A DNA stretch of 61,849 nucleotides from an uncultured virus (IMG/VR IMGVR_UViG_3300034095_001075). Lineage: Duplodnaviria; Heunggongvirae; Uroviricota; Caudoviricetes. Both the position numbers and the translations under genes were made by a program. Location: the IMG/VR virus record IMGVR_UViG_3300034095_001075; one strand, given 5' to 3'. Shown piece by piece: positions 20,022-29,613 of this stretch. How positions within the stretch are numbered: position 1 is the stretch's first letter; each line of letters begins with the position of its first letter. The notes under the pieces are model-generated. The model was not told where the DNA came from and made no database searches. It saw only the letters and a program-made list of their open reading frames with translations.

Positions 20022-20666
20022 ATGAAACTGATTACCGAGACTAGACAACAAGATATTCAATATATCGTAGAAAACAACGAAGGTAAGAAATCTTACTTCA
20101 TTCGTGGTATTTTCGCAGAATCTAATGTCGTGAATAGAAATAACAGAATGTATGATGGCCCAATCCTTGAGGGAGCAGTCAGAACATATACCGAAAACTA
20201 TGTAAAAAATAGTCGTGCATTAGGTGAATTAGGACATCCAGAAGGACCAACAGTAAATCTGGAAAGAGTCTGTCACATGATCAAAGATCTTCATATGGAA
20301 GGTGCTCAAGTGATGGGTAATGCAAAGATCATGGATACCCCATATGGTAGAATCGTACAAAACTTAATAGACGAGGGAGCCAAACTTGGTGTATCTACTC
20401 GCGGTATGGGTTCTTTGGCTGAACGCAATGGTGTCAATATGGTTCAATCCGACTTCATGCTAGCCGCTGTCGATGTAGTTGCAGATCCGTCTGCGCCAAA
20501 TGCATTCGTGAATGGTATCATGGAAGGTAAAGAATGGGTGTGGGATAATGGCATATTTAAAACTTCCCTCATCGAAGACTACAAGAAACAAATAAATAAA
20601 GCTGGATCTAGAAACCTCGAAGAAACAAAACTTAAAGTTTTCCGAGATTTCTTATCTAAAATGTGA
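20022..20666 (+). CDS. gp21: Prohead protease gp21
   Basis: MKLITE, NRNNRMY, RALGELGHPEGPTVNLERV, LGVSTRGMGSL, DVVADPSAPNAFVNGIMEGKEW. Confidence 0.97.
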   Translation: MKLITETRQQDIQYIVENNEGKKSYFIRGIFAESNVVNRNNRMYDGPILEGAVRTYTENYVKNSRALGELGHPEGPTVNLERVCHMIKDLHMEGAQVMGNAKIMDTPYGRIVQNLIDEGAKLGVSTRGMGSLAERNGVNMVQSDFMLAAVDVVADPSAPNAFVNGIMEGKEWVWDNGIFKTSLIEDYKKQINKAGSRNLEETKLKVFRDFLSKM

Positions 20667-20670
20667 AATA

Positions 20671-20678
20671 TATAAATA
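20671..20678 (+). promoter_or_regulatory. Late promoter TATAAATA (gp22)
   Basis: Exact consensus, intergenic. Confidence 0.8.
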
Positions 20679-20707
20679 ACAGAGCGACAAATCAAGGAGA
20701 TTAACAT

Positions 20708-21904
20708 ATGGACCCTAAGAAAATAGCAGAAGAAATCGTAAAAGATTTATTCAATAAATACGAACTCGTCGAAGAAAAAGACGAAGATCAAGATGAAGAA
20801 GGCGAAGAAGAACAAGAAGAAGATGGCGAAGAAGAAGAACAAGAAGAAGACGGCGAAGAAGAAGAAACTTCTGCTCCAGTAAAGAAAGCTGTTGGTGACG
20901 CTATGAAGGGTTCTGCAACTACTTCTGCTGCTGCATCAATTTCTCTCAAGGGTCAACTTCCACAAGCCGCTCAAGGTGGTGGAGTTGCACATGATGCACT
21001 TGGTGGTGGTGTTAAAGATGCATTTGGTAAGGGTGAGCAAATCATTCAACCAACTGCAACAAATGCTGCTGCAAACGCCGCAACACTGCAAATGAAACCA
21101 TCGTACATCACCCCACAAGCTCCGCAAATGACAACAGAAGAACTCACAAACGATTTAGCTGCTATCTTCGGATCGCAAGATCTCTCTGAGGATTTCGTCA
21201 AGAATGCTGCTGAAATCTACGAAGCTGCTATAACAAGCAAAGTAGAAACAATCACAGAAGCTCTTATCGAACAATTCGAAGAGAAACTCGTAGAAGAAGT
21301 CGAAACAGTCAAATCTGCTCTGGTTGAGCAACTCGATGACTATCTTTCGTATGTAATTCAAGAGTGGGTAAAGGAAAATACCGTAGCAATAGAAAACGGA
21401 TTAAGAACTGAGATTGCCGAAGATTTCATCGGTGGACTCAAGAATCTGTTTAACGAATCGTATGTCGAAGTGCCACAAGAGAAAACAAATCTCTTTGATG
21501 AGCTTTCTGAAGCAGTTGTAACTTTAGAATCGCGAATCAATGAAGAAATCGAAAAGAATGTGAATCTTTACAGAGAGATCGGACTGCTAACAGCACAAAG
21601 AGTCTTTGCTGAAGAAACAAGAGGACTGTCAGTTCTTCAAGCTGAAAAAGCTAGAGAAATTGCAGAAAACCTTGAATATTCCGATGAAGATAGCTTCCGT
21701 TCCAAAGTGCAAACTCTGATCGAAGGCATCGTTTCTACAGGTAAAAAATCAACATCTGTTCCAGCTTCTAGCAAGCAAGACAGAATGAATGAGCAAGTAA
21801 CCTTATTAGAATCTACATTAGAAGATGTAAATGAAGATGATGTGGAACTCACCCCGCAAATGGAACTGTATTACAAAACAATCAACAGAACCCTGAATTC
21901 TTAA
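20708..21904 (+). CDS. gp22: Prohead core scaffolding protein gp22
   Basis: Acidic coiled coil; LSEDF...A..IYEAA, D.YL.YV..EW..EN..AIE.GLR.EIAEDFI.GLKNLF.E.YVEVP.EK. Confidence 0.93.
   Translation: MDPKKIAEEIVKDLFNKYELVEEKDEDQDEEGEEEQEEDGEEEEQEEDGEEEETSAPVKKAVGDAMKGSATTSAAASISLKGQLPQAAQGGGVAHDALGGGVKDAFGKGEQIIQPTATNAAANAATLQMKPSYITPQAPQMTTEELTNDLAAIFGSQDLSEDFVKNAAEIYEAAITSKVETITEALIEQFEEKLVEEVETVKSALVEQLDDYLSYVIQEWVKENTVAIENGLRTEIAEDFIGGLKNLFNESYVEVPQEKTNLFDELSEAVVTLESRINEEIEKNVNLYREIGLLTAQRVFAEETRGLSVLQAEKAREIAENLEYSDEDSFRSKVQTLIEGIVSTGKKSTSVPASSKQDRMNEQVTLLESTLEDVNEDDVELTPQMELYYKTINRTLNS
20795..20866 (+). repeat. GAA-rich ~30-bp coding tandem repeat (EEEQEEDG) in gp22
   Basis: ggcgaagaagaa(gaa)caagaagaaga(t/c) repeated. 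Confidence 0.6.
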
Positions 21905-21921
21905 TTCAAAAATCAGGAAAT

Positions 21922-21929
21922 TATAAATA
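21922..21929 (+). promoter_or_regulatory. Late promoter TATAAATA (gp23)
   Basis: Exact consensus upstream of the major capsid gene; SD aaggag follows. Confidence 0.85.
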
Positions 21930-21965
21930 AAGTCAGACAAATAAAGGTTTAAAGGAGAAAACAAG

Positions 21966-23453
21966 ATGGACCCGAATCGTCAAATGTTAACAGAGTCAGC
22001 CCGCAAGAAATGGTCACCAATCCTTGAGCACAAGGCATTGCCAACCATTACAGATAATTACAAGAAGACAGTCACCACAATTCTCTTGGAAAACCAAGAG
22101 CGCGCACTCCGCGAAAACTATCAAGGTATCTCGGGCACAGGCCTGGGCAACATTGGTGGTTTTGAATCTGGCGCATCAAGCACATCAGGAACAGGTATCG
22201 ATTCATTCGATCCTATCATGATCAGCTTGGTTCGCAGAGCTATGCCAAATCTTATGGCATACGACCTTGCTGGTGTTCAACCGATGAATGGTCCAACAGG
22301 ACTCATCTTCGCGATGAAGACCAAGTACGGCGCTAATAACTTCGGTGCAAGACCAACCAATGCTAATGAAGCTTTCATGAAGGAAGCTAACACCGGATTC
22401 TCTGGTGGTACCGGAGCTTCGCTCGGTGCTGGCGCTGGAACTAGCTACGCTGCTGGTGGCGATATGGGCGACATCTTCGCCGATGACGGTGGTGCTGGTA
22501 CCGACGGCCGCTTCGAAGCTGGTCGTGGTATGACAACTGCCTATGGTGAAAACCTCGGTGGTAGCGGTGGTAATGCTTTCGGTGAAATGTCGTTCACCAT
22601 CGAAAAGACAGCCGTAACAGCTAAGACTCGCGCCCTCAAGGCAGAGTACACAACTGAACTCGCTCAAGATCTCAAGGCCGTTCACGGACTTGATGCTGAG
22701 ACCGAGTTAGCTAACATTCTCTCCACCGAAATCATGTTTGAAATCAACCGCGAGTTGGTCAGACAAATCTACGATGTTGCTAAGTTGGGTTGCCAACAAA
22801 ACGACCTCGCAGGTAAGGGTGCCGGAGCAGGACTGAATGGTAATGGTGGTGGTGGCAACTATGATCTGGAACTTGACTCCGACGGTCGTTGGAGTGCAGA
22901 AAAGTTCCGTGGTTTAACCTTCCAAATCGAGCGCGAATGCAATGTAGTTGGTGCAGAAACTCGCCGTGGTAAGGGTAACTTCATCATCGTCAGCCCAGAT
23001 GTCGCCGCTGCTCTCAGTATGAGCGGATTGCTCGACTTCTCACCAGCTTTCAGTGGTGCTCTCAATACCGATGTAAATGGTAACAGCTTTGCTGGTACTC
23101 TGCACGGTGGTAGAGTCAAGGTTTATATCGATCCATATTCGATGCCAACCCACACAGAGTCGTTCTCCCCAGTTAACTTCGTATGCGTAGGTTACAAGGG
23201 AACAAGTCCGTACGATGCAGGACTCTTCTACTGCCCGTATGTACCGCTCCAAATGGTAAGAGCCGTTGATACTGGTAACTTCCAACCAAAGATCGGGTTC
23301 AAGACCCGTTACGGTATGGTAAGTAATCCATATGTTCTCAACAGCAACAGTCTGCCAGATGCAGAAGTATTGTCACGCAGACGCAATCAATACTACCGTA
23401 TCTTCAGAGTAACAAACCTGCATGGTAACGATGCTTCTTACGGTGGTGCATAA
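21966..23453 (+). CDS. gp23: Major capsid protein gp23
   Basis: KWSPILEH, LLENQE, ISLVRRAMPNLMAYD..GVQPMNGPTGLIFAM, EMSFTIEK..VTAKTRALKAEYT.ELAQDLKAVHGLDAE.ELANIL, YDAGLFYCPYVPL, FQPKIGFKTRYG. Confidence 0.98.
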   Translation: MDPNRQMLTESARKKWSPILEHKALPTITDNYKKTVTTILLENQERALRENYQGISGTGLGNIGGFESGASSTSGTGIDSFDPIMISLVRRAMPNLMAYDLAGVQPMNGPTGLIFAMKTKYGANNFGARPTNANEAFMKEANTGFSGGTGASLGAGAGTSYAAGGDMGDIFADDGGAGTDGRFEAGRGMTTAYGENLGGSGGNAFGEMSFTIEKTAVTAKTRALKAEYTTELAQDLKAVHGLDAETELANILSTEIMFEINRELVRQIYDVAKLGCQQNDLAGKGAGAGLNGNGGGGNYDLELDSDGRWSAEKFRGLTFQIERECNVVGAETRRGKGNFIIVSPDVAAALSMSGLLDFSPAFSGALNTDVNGNSFAGTLHGGRVKVYIDPYSMPTHTESFSPVNFVCVGYKGTSPYDAGLFYCPYVPLQMVRAVDTGNFQPKIGFKTRYGMVSNPYVLNSNSLPDAEVLSRRRNQYYRIFRVTNLHGNDASYGGA

Positions 23454-23480
23454 TAAGTAGGACACAGATTTGATTAAATG

Positions 23481-23511
23481 GGGGGTTCCGCAAGGAACCC
23501 CCTATTCTTTT
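23481..23511 (+). terminator. Rho-independent terminator after gp23
   Basis: gggggttcc-GCAA-ggaaccccc 9-bp stem with GNRA loop, followed by tattctttt. Confidence 0.9.
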
Positions 23512-23518
23512 ATAAATA
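23511..23518 (+). promoter_or_regulatory. Late promoter TATAAATA (gp3)
   Basis: Exact consensus right after the terminator, 6 nt before the gp3 ATG. Confidence 0.8.
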
Positions 23519-23524
23519 CCCTAT

Positions 23525-24055
23525 ATGTCTACATTCATAACTAATGCAATAGCCAGACAACCAAAGTCAATCAACCCTATGCAGTTGAATGAATATAAGA
23601 TGGTTTTGCATAGAACGCCTCACTTAGTTTACTTCTGTCAAGCAATTACCCTACCCGGTATACAGGGCACTGCCATAAGTCAGCCTAGTCCCTTTGCTAC
23701 CGATATTAAACGCACCCCTGGCAAGACTGTGCATGATGATCTAACAGTAAACTTCATAGTTAATGAGGATATGAGTAATTGGATGGAATTGTATGAATGG
23801 TCTAGGATCATTATGCCAATTGATACATTCAAAAATCAAGTCAAAAAAGAGGATGACAGATTTTCTGATATTTCATTGATCGTAATGAATAGTAAATCGA
23901 ATGCCATTTTACATTTTACATATATTATGTGTTTTCCTCTCGTTATATCCGGACTAAAACTAGACAGTACTATTAGCGACATTAATCCAGCAGTAGCCAG
24001 TGTTACATTTGCTTATAGCGGATTTACAGTCCAGACACTTAAATCAAACTTTTAA
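23525..24055 (+). CDS. gp3: Tail tube terminator / tail completion protein gp3
   Basis: P.LVYFCQ...LPGI, PG.....DL.V.FIVNEDMSNW.E.YEW, SD.SL.V.NS, FP..ISGL..D....A.VTF.Y; usual position after gp23. Confidence 0.85.
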   Translation: MSTFITNAIARQPKSINPMQLNEYKMVLHRTPHLVYFCQAITLPGIQGTAISQPSPFATDIKRTPGKTVHDDLTVNFIVNEDMSNWMELYEWSRIIMPIDTFKNQVKKEDDRFSDISLIVMNSKSNAILHFTYIMCFPLVISGLKLDSTISDINPAVASVTFAYSGFTVQTLKSNF

Positions 24056-24100
24056 TTAGAGTATTCAATTATTTGAAGTATACTCCATGTTGGAGAATTT

Positions 24101-24538
24101 ATGCTATTTGAAGATATCAAACAATTAGTCGAAAAAGATATGAAATTGGACGATTCTCGTTTAGATACAGAATCGTTGGTTATCCCGCAACTACACGGAA
24201 AGTATTTAAACATATTGTATGATGAGAAAATGGTTCTGAGAAAGCACCAGAAAGATCTGGCACTGATGCTCAAACAGAAGTGGGAATACTATACTGGCAA
24301 AATGTCTCAGGAAGATTTGAAAGCAATGAACTGGGAACCGTTTGATTTGCGTATCCTGAAACAAGATGTCGATCTGTATATGGATTCTGATCCAGACTTA
24401 CAGAGCAAAAAAGATAAAGTATTTGTACAGCAGGAAAAGATTGCATATCTTGAGTCTATTCTAAAGATGATTATGAACAGACAATACCACATTAGGGATG
24501 CTATTATGTGGCGCAAGTTCATTAATGGGGAGTCTTGA
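24101..24538 (+). CDS. uvsY: Recombination mediator UvsY
   Basis: D.KLD...LD.ESL.IPQLH.KYL, KWEYYTGK, PFDL.ILK.D...Y.DSD, R.Y.I+DAI.WRKF..G. Confidence 0.92.
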   Translation: MLFEDIKQLVEKDMKLDDSRLDTESLVIPQLHGKYLNILYDEKMVLRKHQKDLALMLKQKWEYYTGKMSQEDLKAMNWEPFDLRILKQDVDLYMDSDPDLQSKKDKVFVQQEKIAYLESILKMIMNRQYHIRDAIMWRKFINGES

Positions 24539-24557
24539 TTGTCCTAAATACTGGGAC

Positions 24558-26033
24558 ATGAGTGATTTAATAATTGAACCAATCGATTCTGTTTACATAA
24601 AGGTAAAGTGCGAAAGAAGCTATGCTAAAGAACTTTCCGATTTTTTCACATTTAAAGTTCCTGGGCATACATTTATGCCCACCTTTCGTAACAAGATGTG
24701 GGATGGACAGATCAAACTCTATAACATATACAAGCAAGAGATCTACGCAGGACTCGAAGACTATGTTGTTCAATTTGCCAAAGATAGATCGTATAGCGTT
24801 GAGAAGTCAGAACAACCAAAAACAAATTCAATCACTCCGGATGAAGTCGTAGAGTTTGCTAAAGCACTGAATATTCCATATAAACTTCACGAACACCAAA
24901 TCGAAGGTATCTGTCATTCAATTAACAATGATAGATGCCTTCTTTTATCTCCCACAGGATCTGGTAAGAGTTTAATCATCTACACACTCATTCGTTATTA
25001 TCTAAACAAAATCGATGCGAATAAAAAAATCCTGATCATCGTTCCTACAATATCCCTAGTTACACAAATGTATTCAGATTTCTTTGAGTATTCAAAGTCT
25101 TCCCCTTGGAAGCTAAGAAACTATTGCCACAAAATACATGGTGGACAAGAAAAAGAAACAGATAAACAAATAGTAATTTCAACTTGGCAAAGCATTTATA
25201 AAATGTCTGCTGAGTTCTTTAAAGACTTTCATGTAGTTATTGGCGATGAATGCCATCAGTTCAAATCAAAATCACTGACAACCATAATGACAAAGCTGAA
25301 AGAATGTCCATATAGAATCGGAACCACTGGCACTCTAGATGGTACATTTACACATAAACTTGTGATCGAAGGATTGTTTGGCAGAGTACATAGAGTTACA
25401 AGTACAAAAGAATTGATGGATCAAGATCTTTTATCCAAACTCAGTATAGACTGTGTTGTGTTGGGCTATCCACAAGAAGTAAGAAAAGATTGTAAGAAAT
25501 TTTCATACGCAGAAGAACTTGATTGGTTAGTACAAAATGAAAAACGAAACGAGTTCATTTCCAACCTTACTATAAGCTTAAAAGGAAATACTCTCGTGTT
25601 GTTCCAATTCGTGGAGAAACACGGCAAAGTCTTGTATGACATGTTGACTAAGATGGACAAAAAGAAAATATTCTTTGTTCATGGTGGTACTGAAGCCGAT
25701 GATAGAGAAATTATCCGAAAGATAATGGAGAAAGAATCTAATGCTGTTATTGTAGCATCCTATGGTACTTTCAGCACAGGTATCTCTATCAAAAGACTAC
25801 ATAATATTGTATTCTCTTCGCCTTCCAAAAGCAGGATAAGAGTATTACAGAGTATTGGTAGACAATTAAGAAAATCCGAGTTCAAAGATAAAGCCAAGCT
25901 TTACGATATAGCAGATGATCTTTCTTGGAAGTCGTATAAAAACCATACACTTCGCCATTTTGTAGAAAGATTAAAAATCTACGAGCACGAAAAGTTTGAT
26001 TATCGTAAGTTGATAATTCAATTAGAGGAGTAA
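24558..26033 (+). CDS. uvsW: DNA helicase UvsW (SF2)
   Basis: FTF.VPG..FMP...WDG.IKL, SPTGSGKS, IGDECH, GTTGTL, ASYGTFSTGI, QSIGR.LR. Start placed at ATG 24558 (MSDLII) rather than 24498, which overlaps uvsY. Confidence 0.95.
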   Translation: MSDLIIEPIDSVYIKVKCERSYAKELSDFFTFKVPGHTFMPTFRNKMWDGQIKLYNIYKQEIYAGLEDYVVQFAKDRSYSVEKSEQPKTNSITPDEVVEFAKALNIPYKLHEHQIEGICHSINNDRCLLLSPTGSGKSLIIYTLIRYYLNKIDANKKILIIVPTISLVTQMYSDFFEYSKSSPWKLRNYCHKIHGGQEKETDKQIVISTWQSIYKMSAEFFKDFHVVIGDECHQFKSKSLTTIMTKLKECPYRIGTTGTLDGTFTHKLVIEGLFGRVHRVTSTKELMDQDLLSKLSIDCVVLGYPQEVRKDCKKFSYAEELDWLVQNEKRNEFISNLTISLKGNTLVLFQFVEKHGKVLYDMLTKMDKKKIFFVHGGTEADDREIIRKIMEKESNAVIVASYGTFSTGISIKRLHNIVFSSPSKSRIRVLQSIGRQLRKSEFKDKAKLYDIADDLSWKSYKNHTLRHFVERLKIYEHEKFDYRKLIIQLEE

Positions 26034-26034
26034 A

Positions 26035-26679
26035 ATGGAAGAATACAAGATTTTAAAATTAAAGACCGGAGACAACATTATTGCTGCAGTCGCAAACACC
26101 TCGACACATAATGTTGTTTCTTTGCATCATCCCATGATTTTCAAAACAGTAATCATGATGGATGAAAATATGAATCAAGCCGAAGTTCTTTTACTTAAAA
26201 ACTGGGCAGAATATAACATTGAAAAAGATATAGAAATTTCTTCTGATATCATTGCGGCTTCTTGGAAGCCAGATGTTGTAATGATCAATTGCTATGAGAT
26301 GGAAAAAATCAAACAGGATATGCCAGAACTATACAAAGATTTGAAAAAAGCAGATCAAACGGAAGGTCTTCCTACAGTCAATCCATTGATTCTTCCTATG
26401 TCTGGTATGCCACCTCATATGATGCAACCAAAATCACTGGCTCCCCCAGCTGGAATGGCTAATTTCAATCTAAATCTTCCAATTGATATAATCAAAAATA
26501 TGATTGATTTTTTAGAAGAACAGGGTGTGAACTTGGTCGGACCTGGTATAGAAAATTCAGAGTTCGATGGGGACGATATGTTAGACGAAGAAGACATGAT
26601 GGATGATGACGAGCCACTTGGTGACTTTGGTAATGAATATGATGATTGGTCACCAGATCCTAATGATTACCTTAAATAG
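26035..26679 (+). CDS. Hypothetical protein (Sm-like N-terminus, acidic C-terminus) conserved between uvsW and gp55
   Basis: ILKLKTGDNIIA...L.HPM.F...LKNW pattern; D/E-rich tail. Confidence 0.6.
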   Translation: MEEYKILKLKTGDNIIAAVANTSTHNVVSLHHPMIFKTVIMMDENMNQAEVLLLKNWAEYNIEKDIEISSDIIAASWKPDVVMINCYEMEKIKQDMPELYKDLKKADQTEGLPTVNPLILPMSGMPPHMMQPKSLAPPAGMANFNLNLPIDIIKNMIDFLEEQGVNLVGPGIENSEFDGDDMLDEEDMMDDDEPLGDFGNEYDDWSPDPNDYLK

Positions 26680-26714
26680 GTCTATATTGCACCTTTCCAC
26701 ACTGTACACAGTGG

Positions 26715-26742
26715 ATTGTATCGTAGAAGCAACACCTGTCAA
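26715..26742 (-). promoter_or_regulatory. Sigma70-like promoter pointing leftwards (antisense)
   Basis: Minus strand TTGACA (26742-26737)-N16-TACAAT (26720-26715). Confidence 0.65.
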
Positions 26743-26761
26743 GAAAAATCTTAGTAATACC

Positions 26762-26789
26762 TTGCAAACACATGCAGATGTAGTATCAT
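26762..26789 (+). promoter_or_regulatory. Possible sigma70-like promoter for gp55
   Basis: TTGCAA-N16-TATCAT upstream of the gp55 ATG. Confidence 0.4.
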
Positions 26790-26820
26790 ACTAAACATAT
26801 GTCATGACAAGAGATTTATT

Positions 26821-27420
26821 ATGAGTAAAAAGAAAAAGAAAAAGAAAAGTAACAGCATTGATTCCTATGTCGAAACATTACCGATACCAGTGGTAAAAGA
26901 CGAAGAAAACAAATCACATTACATCAACAATAAAAAGTTTTTTGATGAAATGGTTTTGTGGAAAGACAAGGTAAATGAAGCAAGAGAGGTGGGAGAACCA
27001 ATCCCACCTGTAACTGTATACATTGGCCAGTGCTTCATGGAAATTGCTCATAACTTAGCCAAAAAACCAAATTTCATGAACTATCAATTCAAAGATGACA
27101 TGATAGGAGATGGAATAGAGAACTGTTTAATGTATTGCTCTAATTTCGATCCAAACAAATCAAACAATCCTTTCTCGTATTTTACACAAATAATATACTA
27201 TGCATTCTTACGAAGAATTCAAAAAGAAAAGAAACAGACATTAATCAAATACAAGTATCTGAAGTCTCTTGATACTAAAGGAGATCTGTCTGATTATTTG
27301 AAAGTGTTAGGTATTTCAGAAGAGGAAGAAGTACATCTAAAGAATATGGAAGAGAGCACAGAACCAAAGAAGAAAGTAAAAGTAAAGAAGAAGAAAGTTA
27401 ATTTCTTGGAGGAAGAATGA
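26821..27420 (+). CDS. gp55: Late transcription sigma factor gp55
   Basis: HYINNKKF, YIGQCFM.IA.NLA.KPNF.NY..KDDMIGDGIENC..Y..NFDP.KS.NPFSYFTQIIYYAFLRRIQKEKKQ. Confidence 0.96.
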   Translation: MSKKKKKKKSNSIDSYVETLPIPVVKDEENKSHYINNKKFFDEMVLWKDKVNEAREVGEPIPPVTVYIGQCFMEIAHNLAKKPNFMNYQFKDDMIGDGIENCLMYCSNFDPNKSNNPFSYFTQIIYYAFLRRIQKEKKQTLIKYKYLKSLDTKGDLSDYLKVLGISEEEEVHLKNMEESTEPKKKVKVKKKKVNFLEEE

Positions 27421-28460
27421 AAATTGCTTTTTTAGCAGATACCCATTTCGGGGCTAGAAATGATGCTCCTCTTTTCTTGGATCATTTTCTAGATTTCTTT
27501 GAGAATCAGTTCTTCCCATACTTAAAGAAGAACAACATTGATAAAATTATACACTTGGGTGATTTTATGGATCGCCGTAAATTTGTCAATTTCCATACTC
27601 TCAATCAAGTAAGAACAAGATTTATACAGCAATTGAAAGATGCTAACATTTCGATGGATTGTATTGCTGGCAATCACGACACATATTTTCGTAATACAAA
27701 TGAAATAAATTCTTTGCGAGAACTGTTCAAAGATGATTTTACTATTTTTGATAGTATTCCGGTAAAGAAAAAAATAGATTCCGTTGAGTTCATATTTGTT
27801 CCGTGGATCAATAAAAACAATTACGAAGCATCCGTTGACTTCATCAAAAACAATTCAGCTGAATTTGTAATTGGTCATTTTGAATTTGCAGGATATCAAG
27901 TTCTTCGTGGGATAAAGCACGAAGAGGGAACAGATCCTTCGCTGTTTGCCAAGTTTGAACATGTATATTCTGGACATTTTCATTGCAAACAAACAGAAAA
28001 GAATATTTCATATCTTGGAACTCCATATGAAATAACCTTTGCAGATGTTAATGAAAAGAAAGGGTTTCATGTATTCGATACAGAAACGCGAGTCATGGAA
28101 TTTGTTCCTAATGAAAATAAACTATTTTATGTAATTCGGTACAATGACACCGAAAGCGATCCCCTTAAATGTAATTTTACACAATATAAGAATAAATTTG
28201 TTAAAATAATTGTAGAAAACAAAACTAAGCCATATGTGTTTGATAGATTCTTGGATAGTTTTTATTCTGCACAAGTTGCAAATTTAACTATTGTAGAAGA
28301 TCAAGTCACTGATATAATATCCGTAGATAAGGTTGATGCTTCTTTAGATACTGTTTCCTTGATCAACAATGAAATAGATAACATGAGCGAAATTCAAAAT
28401 AAAGAAAAGCTAAAGAAAATCATTCACGAACTTTATATTGAAAGTATTTCGGCAGAATAA
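27417..28460 (+). CDS. gp47: Recombination endonuclease gp47 (Mre11/SbcD-like)
   Basis: DTHFG, HLGD.MDRRK, GNHD, GHFE, SGHFH metallophosphoesterase motifs. Confidence 0.96.
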   Translation: MKIAFLADTHFGARNDAPLFLDHFLDFFENQFFPYLKKNNIDKIIHLGDFMDRRKFVNFHTLNQVRTRFIQQLKDANISMDCIAGNHDTYFRNTNEINSLRELFKDDFTIFDSIPVKKKIDSVEFIFVPWINKNNYEASVDFIKNNSAEFVIGHFEFAGYQVLRGIKHEEGTDPSLFAKFEHVYSGHFHCKQTEKNISYLGTPYEITFADVNEKKGFHVFDTETRVMEFVPNENKLFYVIRYNDTESDPLKCNFTQYKNKFVKIIVENKTKPYVFDRFLDSFYSAQVANLTIVEDQVTDIISVDKVDASLDTVSLINNEIDNMSEIQNKEKLKKIIHELYIESISAE

Positions 28461-29047
28461 TGAGCACATTTGACAAAAAAATGAAATTGTTTTATAAAAC
28501 TCCCACCACAACCGGGTATCCAAATACGCAAAAAAGATTTGAATTGATTAACAAACTAGAAGAGTGTTCTAGTGTTTTTGATTATGGTTCTGGTGCATGT
28601 GGTTTACATAATTGGCTGTTAGCTAATAACAAGAATTGTAAATACGAAGCATATGACATTCGAGAAAATGCACTAAATGCATGTAATCCCCATCCCGATT
28701 GCAAGATACATTATCAAGTCCCAATCGGAAATAAATATGATCTTGTATGTCTTCTAGGTGTTGGTGGCCTAAATCTAGAAGGAAATACTAAAATTAGCAA
28801 AGATAGATTTTGTGATATCTTTAAAGAAACTTCCTTATTAGTTAACAAATACTTGTTATTTAATTTATCATTTGAAAACAAATATCCAAATCATATTGTG
28901 TATTATGATATGAAAGAAATAGAGAAACTGATAAAATCCATAAAATTTGAAGTACTCTACCACGAGATTGATGATACAATGAAAGAGAACATATTCATGT
29001 GCGTACCTTCCAAAAAGAAATCTAAAAAGAGTATTAAATCACAATGA
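28460..29047 (+). CDS. Class I SAM-dependent methyltransferase
   Basis: SVFDYGSGACG (motif I), YEAYDI (acidic motif II), KYDLV; inserted between gp47 and gp46. Confidence 0.7.
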   Translation: MSTFDKKMKLFYKTPTTTGYPNTQKRFELINKLEECSSVFDYGSGACGLHNWLLANNKNCKYEAYDIRENALNACNPHPDCKIHYQVPIGNKYDLVCLLGVGGLNLEGNTKISKDRFCDIFKETSLLVNKYLLFNLSFENKYPNHIVYYDMKEIEKLIKSIKFEVLYHEIDDTMKENIFMCVPSKKKSKKSIKSQ

Positions 29048-29613
29048 ACATTTTTGTATTAGATAAAGATCCTTATGTTTCTGCAACTATGATGTGCGAC
29101 AAGCATGTAGTTAAGATGATTCTAGAAAGTTGTCAATTACTTTCTACAGCCCACCATGTATTGGATGGCAGACAACTTATCAAAATCTCAAAAAATGGTA
29201 GAACTCTACACACATACGAAAAGAGTGTATTTCACAAATCCACTACCTATTTAAAGTGTACAATGATCAATCACCCGTGCAATGTTTGGGTAAGAAAAAC
29301 TTCAGGAAATTATCGATGGTTGTGGAACCATCTTGACGGTCTGCAGCAGGAGTACACCAAACGGTATTTCAAAACTCATGCTCTTATGCCATTAATCTAT
29401 CACTTATTGTGGTATAAGCCAGCAACTATTAAAGACGACCTTACAGTTACTGATTTTGTTCAAGCGATGCCAGATCAATACAAAGATCCGGATCCAGTCT
29501 ATGCGTATCAACAATACTACATCAACGAAAAGTCCCGGTTTGCCAAATGGAAAACTGAAATTCCTGCTTGGTATACCGAGGGTATAAATAACCTAAATAC
29601 AGTACAAACATGA
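29044..29613 (+). CDS. Pyrimidine-dimer DNA glycosylase / DenV-related protein
   Basis: MNIFVLD.DP...A...CDKHVVKMILESCQLLSTAH...NHPC.VWVR....NY.WL......EYT.RY.K.H...QAMPDQYK....AY..YY...K..FAKW. Confidence 0.75.
   Translation: MNIFVLDKDPYVSATMMCDKHVVKMILESCQLLSTAHHVLDGRQLIKISKNGRTLHTYEKSVFHKSTTYLKCTMINHPCNVWVRKTSGNYRWLWNHLDGLQQEYTKRYFKTHALMPLIYHLLWYKPATIKDDLTVTDFVQAMPDQYKDPDPVYAYQQYYINEKSRFAKWKTEIPAWYTEGINNLNTVQT
29583..29590 (+). promoter_or_regulatory. Late promoter TATAAATA (for the gp68-like gene)
   Basis: Exact consensus 19 nt before ATG 29610; second variant CCTAAATA at 29592-29599. Confidence 0.65.

Noticed and set aside
21966..23453. Higher GC and C-ending codons in gp23 as evidence of horizontal transfer
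   Set aside because: Better explained by translational selection on the most highly expressed gene; synteny is canonical.
24498..24557. Longer ORF-track starts (uvsW 24498; also 17492, 47539, 49771, 56948)
   Set aside because: These extensions overlap upstream genes; downstream ATGs have SDs or stop/start coupling and match family N-termini.
11335..26820. tRNA or structured ncRNA genes in intergenic gaps (11335-11427, 26680-26820)
   Set aside because: No cloverleaf or T-loop motif; gaps are short and explained by promoters.
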